Made by a program: the position numbers and the translations under genes. 64,000 nt of DNA from Candidatus Latescibacterota bacterium (lineage in GTDB: Bacteria; Latescibacterota; UBA2968; GCA-2709665), in assembly GCA_965205485.1 (NCBI GenBank), contig OZ242180.1, forward strand, positions 4,096,001-4,160,000. Direction: 5' to 3'. Below the pieces are notes generated by a model. That model saw only the letters and a program-made list of their open reading frames with translations. It was not told the origin of the DNA and did not search any database. Shown piece by piece: positions 47,358 to 56,315 of the stretch. How positions within the stretch are numbered: the first letter of the stretch is position 1; each line of letters starts with the position of its first letter.

Positions 47358-49141
47358 GTCTCCAACTCGATCTGCACGGAATCCTCACGACCCGCTCCGG
47401 AACAGCGTATTGACGCATTGATGAGGCCAAAAAACAGGGGTGCTGGACGTTCCAGCCGGGATTTAAACTCCGGATGTGACTGGGTTGCAATGAAATACGG
47501 ATGATTGGGCAGTTCCACGAACTCCATCAGCTTGGTACCGTCTTCCCTGCGGTGGAAACCTGAAAACACCAGCCCGTACTCCTCCAGCAGGTCCACATAT
47601 TTCGGCGCAACTTCATAACGGTGCCGATGCCGTTCGACCACCGCGTTCTCGCTCGGCAGGATCACACCGCACCTGAACATCTGATCGGGAAGCTGCCGGA
47701 GTTGCTGGATTCTCCATGAATCCTCCTCCAGTCGTCCCGTCTGTTCGTAGAGGTCCAATACACGGGATTCCCGCCGTAATACAGCAGCGTACCCACCCAG
47801 CCTCATGGTGCCGCCGTACCGGTTTTCTTCGATAATCTGTCGCTGCGCGTACTGGATGTCGATTACGGCGTGGGGCGTATCGGGATCCATCTCGACGGAG
47901 TTCGCGTCGTCCAGTCCGACGACGTTTCGGGAGTATTCAACCACGACCATCTGCAGCCCGTAGCACAGGCCAAGGAACGGAACCTGATTTTCCCTGGCGT
48001 AGCGGACGGCATTGATGGCGCCCTCGGCGCCCCCTTCACCAAATGCTCCCGGTACGATAATACCGTGATATCCGGCGAGCACCTCCTCGACGTCGTGACG
48101 TTCGAGGCGGGTGGAGTCGATCCAGTCGATCTCAACCTTCGTATCCAACAGGGCGCCGGCGTGTTCCAGGGATTGATTGACGGAGATGTAGGAATCCTGA
48201 AATTCATAGTCTCCGATTCCGACGTATTTGCCCACCATGGCCACACGCACGCGTTCCCTGGGAGCTCGAATCATCTCCAGCAATTCACACCAGCGATCCC
48301 AGTCCGGCGTATTTTTCGGAGCCAAGCCGAACTCATCGAGTATCTTCTCGCCCAATCGGTCCTTTTCGTATTCCAGCGGAACCTGATAGATGCTGTCGAC
48401 GTCGGGCGCCGAAATGATCCGGTCTGCCGAGATATTCGCCGAAATCTCGATTTTGCGCTTCCGCACGTCGTCCAGCGCTTCCACGGCGCGGCAGATGATA
48501 AAGTCCGCGAATATCCCGTTCTCGCTCAAGGACCGGATCGCATGCTGTGTGGGCTTGGTTTTCATCTCGCCGACGTGGCCGGGTACCGGCAGGTAGGTGA
48601 CCAGCACATAGATGACGTTTTCCTCGCCGACTTCCCGTTCGAGGCTCTTCATTGCAAACAGAAAAGGGCGGTTTTCGTCATCGCCGATCGTGCCGCCTAT
48701 CTCTACCAGCGCAACATCGAATCCCTTCGCCGAGTCGGTAATCCGCTGTTTGATTTCGTCGGTGATATGGGGAATCGGTTGAACCGTCTTGCCCAGATAT
48801 TCTCCGCGGCGTTCACGCTCTATCACGGTATGGTAAATCTGTCCGGTGGTCAGGTTGTTGGTCCGCGGAAGATCGATTCCCAGGAATCTCTCGTAGTTTC
48901 CGAGGTCGAGGTCGATTTCACCGCCGTCGTCCGTTACCCACACTTCTCCGTGTTCCGTCGGACGCAGGGTACCGGCGTCGTAGTTGAGGTAAGGATCGAT
49001 CTTGATGCCCGTTGCCTTGTATCCGTGCTGCTGCAGAATTTTCCCGATGGACGCCGTAGCAAGGCCCTTGCCCACACCGCTCATTACGCCGCCGGCGACG
49101 ACGATGTATCTGGGTCCATTGTAATCACGCCGCTTGACCAT
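47354..49141 (-). CDS. pyrG: CTP synthase
   Basis: GGVMSGVGKG, HGEVWVTDDG, EIGGTIGD, KTKPTQH, GLCYGLQ, RHRHRYEV, HPEFKSR. Confidence 0.96.
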   Translation of the reverse strand: MVKRRDYNGPRYIVVAGGVMSGVGKGLATASIGKILQQHGYKATGIKIDPYLNYDAGTLRPTEHGEVWVTDDGGEIDLDLGNYERFLGIDLPRTNNLTTGQIYHTVIERERRGEYLGKTVQPIPHITDEIKQRITDSAKGFDVALVEIGGTIGDDENRPFLFAMKSLEREVGEENVIYVLVTYLPVPGHVGEMKTKPTQHAIRSLSENGIFADFIICRAVEALDDVRKRKIEISANISADRIISAPDVDSIYQVPLEYEKDRLGEKILDEFGLAPKNTPDWDRWCELLEMIRAPRERVRVAMVGKYVGIGDYEFQDSYISVNQSLEHAGALLDTKVEIDWIDSTRLERHDVEEVLAGYHGIIVPGAFGEGGAEGAINAVRYARENQVPFLGLCYGLQMVVVEYSRNVVGLDDANSVEMDPDTPHAVIDIQYAQRQIIEENRYGGTMRLGGYAAVLRRESRVLDLYEQTGRLEEDSWRIQQLRQLPDQMFRCGVILPSENAVVERHRHRYEVAPKYVDLLEEYGLVFSGFHRREDGTKLMEFVELPNHPYFIATQSHPEFKSRLERPAPLFFGLINASIRCSGAGREDSVQIELET

Positions 49142-49159
49142 CCGCTCCTCCACGTACCC

Positions 49160-49195
49160 AAAAAACAACGGCGGCGCTGACAAACCCGCCGCCGT
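49160..49195 (-). terminator. Terminator-like hairpin between gatC and pyrG
   Basis: ACGGCGGCG/CGCCGCCGT stem followed by TGTTTTTT. Confidence 0.6.
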
Positions 49196-49198
49196 CTC

Positions 49199-49498
49199 CT
49201 AATCGATGACCTTCGGAACCCTGAAATGGCCGACGCCTGAACTCGGCGCATTTGACAGCGCCTCTGCCTGTGACAGAGATGCAACGGGCGTATCCTCGCG
49301 AAACACGTTACTGACCGGCAGTACATGCGACGTTGGCGCAACGTCGGTCGTGTTCAGTTTCTCGAGAGCAGCCGCATAGTCAAGCATCTGATTCAGGTCG
49401 GCAACCAGCCGATCCATCTCTTCCGTATCGAACCTGAGCCGGGCGAGTTGCGCAACCTTTCGGACGTCTTCATGCGTAACTGACACAAAAAAACCCAT
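49199..49498 (-). CDS. gatC: Asp/Glu-tRNA amidotransferase subunit C
   Basis: VRKVAQLARL, PTSHV, NVFRED, ALSNAP, FRVPKVI. Start may be GTG 49486. Confidence 0.93.
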   Translation of the reverse strand: MGFFVSVTHEDVRKVAQLARLRFDTEEMDRLVADLNQMLDYAAALEKLNTTDVAPTSHVLPVSNVFREDTPVASLSQAEALSNAPSSGVGHFRVPKVID

Positions 49499-49618
49499 GA
49501 AAATGGATTGAGGTTATATCCGGAATTTACATTGATGTTAATATGGGTCAATCCAGGTGCGAAATCAAGAAGATTCTGGCAAAGGAAGCGACCCGCCGGA
49601 TGTTCGTACGGCTCGGCG

Positions 49619-51874
49619 TCATCCCGGTCGGAGACCGGCATAACGGACGATCACCTTTCTTATGGAACCGTTCTTAAAGCATACCGTGAGTTTCGTATCC
49701 GGTCCGCTCCCGGTCCGATCCAGAATGTGCCCCCTTCCGAGGGTTGGATGGAGAACGGCGGCGCCCGCATCCATTGGGAACGGGTCGTCGTCATTCGGTT
49801 TTTTCGCGGGCATGATTGCCTGCGATACTCCCCGAACGGCGGTGCCCGCCTTCAGGTGGACAGGCCCGCCGTCATTCGGTATGTTCGTCGACTTGATTGT
49901 CGGAGTAACCTCTCGAACGGCTCCCCCTCGAACGATCAGATCATCCGGAATCTCCCGCAGGAATCTGGATTCGGCATTGACCGTCGCGCCTCCGTAACGC
50001 CGGCGCTGTTCGGCGCAGGTGAGATGGAGTCGGTCCTGCGCTCGCGTGACGCCCACATAGAACAGCCGCCGCTCCTCCTCTACGGCCGCGTCTTCGGCGG
50101 ACGGATTGTCCTGATCCCTCAGGATGGGAAACAAGCCTTCTTCCAGACCCGCAATGAATACCGCGGGAAACTCAAGTCCCTTGGCGCTGTGCAGCGTCAT
50201 CAACGTCACCGAATCAGCCTCTTCGCGCCACTGGTCGACGTCCGTGACCAGCGCGACCTCGCGCAGAAATGCCGGCAGCGAAGAGGTTTCGGATCGTTGC
50301 GCGAAATCCTCAATGGCCACCAGCAGTTCCTGCACATTCTCCGAACGGGAGAGGGTCTCGGCCGGCGTCAATTCCTCGAGTTTCTGCAGATATCCGGTCT
50401 CCTCCACGACGCTGGCAGCCAGCTCGTGAGCGGGCTCATCCTCCACGCGGTTCCGGAATCCATCAATCATGCTGTGAAACGCGCCCATCGCACTTCTCGC
50501 GCGAGCGGTGAGGCCGTCGATGCTGTTGGCGCGGGACAACGCCTCGTACGGTGCGATTCCCTCGCCCGTTGCAAAGGAATCCAGTCTTTCAAGCGAGGTC
50601 TGGCCAATACCGCGCTTAGGGGTATTGACAATCCGGTAAAGGCTGACCGAGTCGCAGGGATTCACGATCAGCCTCAGGTACGCGAGTATGTCCTTGACTT
50701 CCAGGCGTTCGTAGAATCGAACGCCCCCCACGATCACATATGGAATCGCCCGATATCGAAGCCCGTCTTCCAGCGCGCGGGATTGTGCGTTCGTTCGATA
50801 CAATACGGCGATCTGCCCGTAGCTGTATTGCGTTCTCAGGCGCTTCAATTCACGAGCGATCCGCCGGGCTTCGTCCACTTCGTCCGAGCATCGGAACAGC
50901 TGAATCGGTTCCCCGCGATCCCGATTCGTCCAGAGTTCCTTCCCCTTCCGCCCGAGATTGTTGCGAATCACCGCGTTTCCCGCATCGAGTATCACCTGTG
51001 ACGACCTGTAGTTCTGTTCGAGACGGATGACGCGGGCATCGGGAAAATCCCGTTCGAAATTAAGGATGTTTCCCAGATCCGCGCCTCGCCAGGCATAGAT
51101 GCTCTGGTCGTCGTCGCCAACCACGAAGATGCGGCCGTGTTCTTCCGCCAGCATACGCGTTAAGAGGTACTGCGGCCGGTTGGTATCCTGATACTCGTCG
51201 ATCAGACAGTGCTCAAACCGTGCCCGGTACCGCGCCAGAACCTCCGGATCCTCCCGGAAGACCTGCACGGTCAGCATCAGGAGATCGTCGAAATCCACCG
51301 CGTTATTCTGTTGCAGCGCCGACTGGTACTGCCGATAGACCCGTGCGACCTGCTGCTCGTAAAAGGAACCGGCGCGACTGGCGAAAGAGACCGGATCGAC
51401 CATCCGGCTTTTCTCGGAACTGATCCGGGCGCGAATCTTCCGTGGCGGAAACTGCCGCTCGGATATCTCCTGATCCCGAATGACCTGTCGCATCAATGCA
51501 AGCTGGTCGGCCGCGTCGTAAATGGCAAAATTGGAGTCCAGGCCGGCAGCCCCGGATTCCCTCCGCAGGATGCGCGCACACAGGGAGTGGAACGTCCCCA
51601 GCCACATGCCCCTGGTGCTGCGGCTCAACAGTTTTTCCACGCGGCCGTTCATCTCACCCGCGGCCTTGTTGGTGAACGTCGTGGCCAGGATCGCACCCGG
51701 ATGGACGCCGCAAACCTCGATCAGGTACGCGAGCCGGTGGGTCAACACGCGCGTCTTTCCGGAACCGGCCCCCGCCAGCACCAGAACCGGGCGGTCCACA
51801 ACGCTCACCGCCTCCTGCTGCTGTTCGTTCAAACCATCCAGTATCGACAGTCTTTTCTCGGTTTCCGGTTTCAA
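49619..51874 (-). CDS. pcrA: ATP-dependent DNA helicase PcrA/UvrD
   Basis: AGAGSGKT, TFTNKAA, DEYQDTN, VGDDDQSIY, MTLHSAKGLEF, EERRLFYVGVTRA. Confidence 0.95.
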   Translation of the reverse strand: MKPETEKRLSILDGLNEQQQEAVSVVDRPVLVLAGAGSGKTRVLTHRLAYLIEVCGVHPGAILATTFTNKAAGEMNGRVEKLLSRSTRGMWLGTFHSLCARILRRESGAAGLDSNFAIYDAADQLALMRQVIRDQEISERQFPPRKIRARISSEKSRMVDPVSFASRAGSFYEQQVARVYRQYQSALQQNNAVDFDDLLMLTVQVFREDPEVLARYRARFEHCLIDEYQDTNRPQYLLTRMLAEEHGRIFVVGDDDQSIYAWRGADLGNILNFERDFPDARVIRLEQNYRSSQVILDAGNAVIRNNLGRKGKELWTNRDRGEPIQLFRCSDEVDEARRIARELKRLRTQYSYGQIAVLYRTNAQSRALEDGLRYRAIPYVIVGGVRFYERLEVKDILAYLRLIVNPCDSVSLYRIVNTPKRGIGQTSLERLDSFATGEGIAPYEALSRANSIDGLTARARSAMGAFHSMIDGFRNRVEDEPAHELAASVVEETGYLQKLEELTPAETLSRSENVQELLVAIEDFAQRSETSSLPAFLREVALVTDVDQWREEADSVTLMTLHSAKGLEFPAVFIAGLEEGLFPILRDQDNPSAEDAAVEEERRLFYVGVTRAQDRLHLTCAEQRRRYGGATVNAESRFLREIPDDLIVRGGAVREVTPTIKSTNIPNDGGPVHLKAGTAVRGVSQAIMPAKKPNDDDPFPMDAGAAVLHPTLGRGHILDRTGSGPDTKLTVCFKNGSIRKVIVRYAGLRPG

Positions 51875-52962
51875 CGCGTCCCCTGCCTCCCCCAGGTGCG
51901 TCTCCTGGCCGATCTGGTCTTTCGCTTCGCATCTTCATGTTCGCGGACGGTTCTGCTGAACACGTGCGATCCGTCTCCCCTCGCCACAAAATAGAGAAAA
52001 TCGACATCTGCCGGGTTCAGCGCCGCCCTCAGCGACGCGGCCCCCGGATTCATGACGGGACCCGGGGGCAGCCCGAGATGGCGATAAGTATTGTATGGAG
52101 AGTCAATCTTGTAGTCCCTGTTAAACAGCCTGCGGGGTCCGTCCTCGATGACATACTGAACCGTCGGATCGGCCTGGAGGTACATCCCTTGCTCTAACCG
52201 GTTGTGGTACACAGCCGAAATTGTTGCGCGTTCCCTGTCCAAACGCGCTTCACCTTCGATAATCGAGGCCAGTGTAACGACTTCATGCGCCGACAGGCCT
52301 GTCTGATGTGCTCGTTCCGCCATCGTACTGTCAAAAACCGTGAAGAAATGCCGTACGAGCATCCGTATGACCTGCTCTTCATCCTTGGTCAGCGGAATCT
52401 GATATGTTTCAGGAAACAGGTAACCTTCAAGGTTGTCCGCGGGCACACCCAACCGGCGGCAATATCCCGGATCGGATGCGAGCTGCCGCATCTTCTTATG
52501 GTCCAGGTCCAGTTCCGACGCAAGGACCGCGAGGGTCCGGGCGAGGGTCATGCCCTCAGGGAGGGTCACACTTCGATACTCGTCTCTGGAATAGGCAAGT
52601 TTCTTGAGAGCTTCCCAGGTGCTGAGGTTTTCGGGGAACCGGTGTATCCCAGCCTTGAGGCGTCTGCTGGTTCCGTCGAACACGGAAAACAGGACCAGAA
52701 GCCTCGGGCTTCTGATCACGCCTTCCCTGTGCAGCAGTTCTCCGATCTGTATTACCGTCATCCCTTTCTGAATGACGACATCCTTTGCGCCTGATCCCGT
52801 GGGCCGGTTCAGGGCGAGAACCACCAGCAACATGCCTGCAACGCCAACGCCGAAAAGCACGAATATCGAGCGAAAAATCGCAGATCCGAACCTATCGGGC
52901 TTCCGGGATCCGGGGCCATCCGAATCGTTCGACGCAAGGCTTCTTTCGTCCTCGGTATGCAT
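51871..52962 (-). CDS. mltG: Endolytic transglycosylase MltG
   Basis: LEGYLFPETY, LASIIEGE, LQADPTVQY, SPYNTY, GLPPGP. Confidence 0.95.
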   Translation of the reverse strand: MHTEDERSLASNDSDGPGSRKPDRFGSAIFRSIFVLFGVGVAGMLLVVLALNRPTGSGAKDVVIQKGMTVIQIGELLHREGVIRSPRLLVLFSVFDGTSRRLKAGIHRFPENLSTWEALKKLAYSRDEYRSVTLPEGMTLARTLAVLASELDLDHKKMRQLASDPGYCRRLGVPADNLEGYLFPETYQIPLTKDEEQVIRMLVRHFFTVFDSTMAERAHQTGLSAHEVVTLASIIEGEARLDRERATISAVYHNRLEQGMYLQADPTVQYVIEDGPRRLFNRDYKIDSPYNTYRHLGLPPGPVMNPGAASLRAALNPADVDFLYFVARGDGSHVFSRTVREHEDAKRKTRSARRRTWGRQGTR

Positions 52963-53396
52963 CAGGGTTCCGCCGAGTCCCGCGCCTGCAGGTAGTTGTT
53001 CAGGAGCAAGACCGCCGCCATTCGATCCAGAGCTCCCTCTTTATTTCGATCCTTGAGACCGGTCTCACGCATCGTGCGGCGTGCGGCAACCGTGGTAAGC
53101 CGCTCATCCCAGAGGCGAACAGGCAGCCCCGTCGTACGATTCAGCGCGTCGGCGAACGATGCCGCCGCTTCAGCCATCGGGCCTCTGCTTCCGTCCATAT
53201 TGAGCGGCAGACCCACGAGAAGCTCCACGGCACCGACATCCGCTGCCGCCTGTGCCACGGAATCGACGGCGGAACTTCGTGATACCGCCCTTACCGTCGG
53301 CAGTCCGCGCGCGGCCAATCCCAGTTCGTCGGAAACCGCCAACCCCACACGGCGCCGGCCGTAGTCTACCGCGAGAATTCGCATTTTTTCGCGCAT
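52962..53396 (-). CDS. ruvX: Holliday junction resolvase-like / pre-16S rRNA nuclease
   Basis: LAVDYGRRRVGLAVSD, VGLPLNMDG, WDERLTT, DRMAA. Confidence 0.93.
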   Translation of the reverse strand: MREKMRILAVDYGRRRVGLAVSDELGLAARGLPTVRAVSRSSAVDSVAQAAADVGAVELLVGLPLNMDGSRGPMAEAAASFADALNRTTGLPVRLWDERLTTVAARRTMRETGLKDRNKEGALDRMAAVLLLNNYLQARDSAEP

Positions 53397-53483
53397 GGAT
53401 TAAAAAAAGGCGAAACATGCGGCACAACTCCCGGGAACTTCCGGGAGCATGCCCGCCATATTCCGCTTGACGTTACCCAACCT

Positions 53484-53666
53484 TCAGCCATCCTGCCCGT
53501 ACAGGCCTTTGAGGCGATGCCGCTTGTTCATCACCTCACGATGCACGTGAACCAGCCGTTCCCTGGCCTCCTGGTTTCCCGATCGCGCGTGGACAAGCAT
53601 CGCCTCGACCAGTTCTTCCAGTTCGTGAATGTGTACCTGCAGCGCCTGTCGGTTTTCCTGCATCAT
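53484..53666 (-). CDS. Small helical hypothetical protein (60 aa)
   Basis: ATG 53666 overlaps the upstream stop (ATGA); MMQENRQALQVHIHELEELVEAML. Confidence 0.45.
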   Translation of the reverse strand: MMQENRQALQVHIHELEELVEAMLVHARSGNQEARERLVHVHREVMNKRHRLKGLYGQDG

Positions 53667-54010
53667 CGTCCGGGCTTCTGTCCGTTTCGCCCCGGCACAT
53701 GCGGCCGGTCGCGGGGTGAATAGAGCGACTGCATATATGTCTTCTCCGGATCCTCCGCGGGGCGCCCCCACAGGTTCCTGGCGATCGAGGACAATCTTGT
53801 ACGCAGCGTCTGCTTCCTGTCTTTCAGACAAAGCCGCCGGATCGCCTTTCTCGACGTTCGCTCGGGCACTTCACGGATAAAATCAGCAGCGCTCATGCCC
53901 CTCTGGTGGGCGTGTTCCATCAGATTCGAAAACGCTTCGGCGTCGACCGGGTCCTCGAGACGCGCCATTATCCGATCGTCTTCAAGATATCCGTCAGGCC
54001 GTTGGGACAT
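53663..54010 (-). CDS. Hypothetical protein with a possible ribbon-helix-helix-like segment
   Basis: GGGAGG RBS; AFSNLMEHAHQRGMSAADFIRE. Confidence 0.45.
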   Translation of the reverse strand: MSQRPDGYLEDDRIMARLEDPVDAEAFSNLMEHAHQRGMSAADFIREVPERTSRKAIRRLCLKDRKQTLRTRLSSIARNLWGRPAEDPEKTYMQSLYSPRDRPHVPGRNGQKPGR

Positions 54011-54164
54011 CCTGATCCTCCCGATCTCTCATAGCATCCGGGGGAGACCAAAACGCGACGTTTATACAACGAATCGAGCTGACGCTGTACACCCGTCGAG
54101 CGGGACCGGCGGTGCAGGGAATGGCTGCCGTTCGATCAAATAGTATGGCATTCCAGGACTGATG

Positions 54165-55247
54165 TCAACCCTTTTGCCCACCACGGCCCAGTCGGGAGGG
54201 AAGCCTCACTCCGAAACCAGGTTCACTACCTGGTGAGACACGTCCGTCCGCGATTTCAGGCTGCCCTTTCACCCAGTCGATCCACGGCCTGCGCGACTCG
54301 GCCAGCGGGTCCGGATCTATCGAAGCGATCGCGTGCAGCGCCCAGATTTCGCTTCCACGGTGCGGGCATACCCTGACTCCGTGGATTTTACCCATCCTGT
54401 AGATCTTCAGCAACTCTGTAAGTCCGCCGCACCAGGTTACGTCCGGCTGTACGATCGCGTGCAAACGATCCCTCATAAGAACGTCGAAAGCGTCCGCCGT
54501 GTATTCATGTTCCCCGCCCGCGATTGGAATCGGGCTCCGGTCGCGCAACATCCTGTATCCTTCCAGATCCTCCGGGGGCAAGGGTTCCTCGAGCCAGTCA
54601 AGTTTGCACCCCTGCAATGCGTCGATCAACTGCAGCGCCGTTTCGACGTCCAGATTCATCGCCGCGTCCGCCATCAGGCGAACATCCGGTCCGACGACAT
54701 CCCTGACGCGTCGAATAGGTACAACGACGTCCGCGATATCCCGATTCCGATTGAGCCCGGCGTGAAACTTGAGTGCGCGGTACCCCTTCGCGCCGGAGCG
54801 GATCACCTCTTCGGCGGAGAATCCCGTCATATAACACGGGACCGATTCCCGCGGCATCGCGTTGTCGCCAGCAAGCATCCCGGCTATCGGTTTTCCTTCA
54901 CGTTTTCCCCTCAGATCCCACAATGCCAGATCCACGCCGCTGATCGCCATTACCGCAATGCCCTTGCGGCCGTACGGACGTGTGGCCCGATACATCTCGT
55001 CCCAGAGGTCTTCGATCCGCATGGCGTCGCTGCCGAGCAGAAGCCGTCGCAACTCGGTTTGTATAACGTGAATGCCCGCTGCACCGCCGCCCCCAACGCC
55101 ATAGCCCGTCAGCCCGTCTTCGGTCTCCACGCTGACGGCGATCTGACCCATCGAAGTCCGCCAATCGTCCGGACTTTCGGCGGAATTCGGCTGGGTCGCC
55201 GTTACCGAAGTAATTCGCACTTCCGGATCCATCCTTTCGGCATTCAT
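54165..55247 (-). CDS. Mandelate racemase/muconate lactonizing enzyme family protein (acid-sugar dehydratase-like)
   Basis: AISGVDLALWDL, LMADA, WLEEP, GGEHE, QPDVTWCGG, CPH. Start uncertain. Confidence 0.9.
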   Translation of the reverse strand: MNAERMDPEVRITSVTATQPNSAESPDDWRTSMGQIAVSVETEDGLTGYGVGGGGAAGIHVIQTELRRLLLGSDAMRIEDLWDEMYRATRPYGRKGIAVMAISGVDLALWDLRGKREGKPIAGMLAGDNAMPRESVPCYMTGFSAEEVIRSGAKGYRALKFHAGLNRNRDIADVVVPIRRVRDVVGPDVRLMADAAMNLDVETALQLIDALQGCKLDWLEEPLPPEDLEGYRMLRDRSPIPIAGGEHEYTADAFDVLMRDRLHAIVQPDVTWCGGLTELLKIYRMGKIHGVRVCPHRGSEIWALHAIASIDPDPLAESRRPWIDWVKGQPEIADGRVSPGSEPGFGVRLPSRLGRGGQKG

Positions 55248-55418
55248 TCCCGCGTCCGACAGGCTGCAGGATGCGCCTCCAAACACAAGCCCGTGTCTCA
55301 GGTGAAATATTCGATCAGTCTGGCTTTCCGGTAAGCGAAAATCTTCGATAATTCGCCCGCTACGAACAGTCGATTCACCAATGCTCCTCCCGGCACGTCG
55401 TTTTCGATGAAAATAAAA

Positions 55419-55491
55419 TGCCCCTGGCAGGACTCGAACCTGCGACCAACGGATTAGGAATCCGCTACTCTGTCCTCTGAGCTACAGGGGC
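55419..55491 (-). tRNA. tRNA-Arg (CCT)
   Basis: GCCCCTG acceptor stem, TAGCTCAG D-arm, anticodon arm GCGGA-TTCCTAA-TCCGT, GGTTCGAGTCC T-arm; CCA not encoded. Confidence 0.95.
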
Positions 55492-55505
55492 ACAAAAAAA
55501 CTCTG

Positions 55506-56021
55506 CTAACACGAAACAAGCGCGGTCACGTTTTCTCCCTTCAGCCTCGAGCGCCCGTCCAGCGCCGTCAGTTCGATGAGAAAGGAAATACCGAGAATTT
55601 GGCCGCCGAGTCCTTTAACCAGTCGGACAGCCGCCTCCATGGTACCCCCCGTCGCCAGCAGATCATCGAGGAGAAGCACACGCTGACCGGGTACGACCGC
55701 GTCGGTATGAATTTCGATGCTGTCCGTTCCGTACTCAAGCACGTAGCTCGCCGAAGCGGTCTGCGATGGCAGTTTTCCGGATTTTCGGATCGGTACGAAT
55801 CCGGCGCCCAGGTCCCGTGCCACGGCGGCCCCCAGAATGAAACCCCTGGACTCGATCCCCGCCACGACGGACACCTCCTTATTCCGGTACGGGTCCGCAA
55901 GCCGCCGAACGGAAGTGTCGAGTGCCGCGGGGTCCTTCAACAGGGTTGTGATGTCCTTGAAGAGGATGCCCGGTCTCGGAAAATCGGGTACTTCACGGAT
56001 GTATTCCAACAGATTCACCAC
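55506..56021 (-). CDS. apt: Adenine phosphoribosyltransferase
   Basis: PDFPRPGILFKDIT, IESRGF, RKSGKLP, LEYG, DDLLATGGT. Confidence 0.96.
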   Translation of the reverse strand: MVNLLEYIREVPDFPRPGILFKDITTLLKDPAALDTSVRRLADPYRNKEVSVVAGIESRGFILGAAVARDLGAGFVPIRKSGKLPSQTASASYVLEYGTDSIEIHTDAVVPGQRVLLLDDLLATGGTMEAAVRLVKGLGGQILGISFLIELTALDGRSRLKGENVTALVSC

Positions 56022-56033
56022 GCGCCCCGCTTT

Positions 56034-56315
56034 CTACCAACGTATCTCGAATTCGGACTCAGGACCCGGAACAGGACGCGGCTGCGCGAATGTATCCCCG
56101 ACATCTGCGCCCGGAGGTCCCGTGCCGACCGCATCGACCAGGGCCGAAACGTCAGAGGATTCGCCTTCCGCCTCGAGCTCCACGCTGCCGTCGGCGCAGT
56201 TGCGCACGTACCCGACCAGGCCCAGATTCCGCGCAACGCGACATACGAAAAAACGAAAACCCACTCCCTGAACGACGCCAGATACCCGGACATGGATTCG
56301 CCGCCGGGAATTCAT
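56034..56315 (-). CDS. acyP: Acylphosphatase
   Basis: VSGVVQGVGFR, GYVRN..DGSVE; ATG 56315 overlaps the upstream stop. Confidence 0.9.
   Translation of the reverse strand: MNSRRRIHVRVSGVVQGVGFRFFVCRVARNLGLVGYVRNCADGSVELEAEGESSDVSALVDAVGTGPPGADVGDTFAQPRPVPGPESEFEIRW

Noticed and set aside
49142..49183. Upstream peptide APPLFFG resembling the PyrG C-terminal APLFFG
   Set aside because: It is the translation of a terminator stem and T-run, so likely coincidence.
49508..51001. Long antisense ORFs (e.g. 49508-51001 +, 47870-49180 +, 60857-62236 -, 3809-4660 +)
   Set aside because: Shadow frames of well-supported genes in high-GC DNA, with no recognisable motifs.
53484..55419. Genomic island integrated at tRNA-Arg
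   Set aside because: No integrase and no duplicated tRNA 3' end seen.
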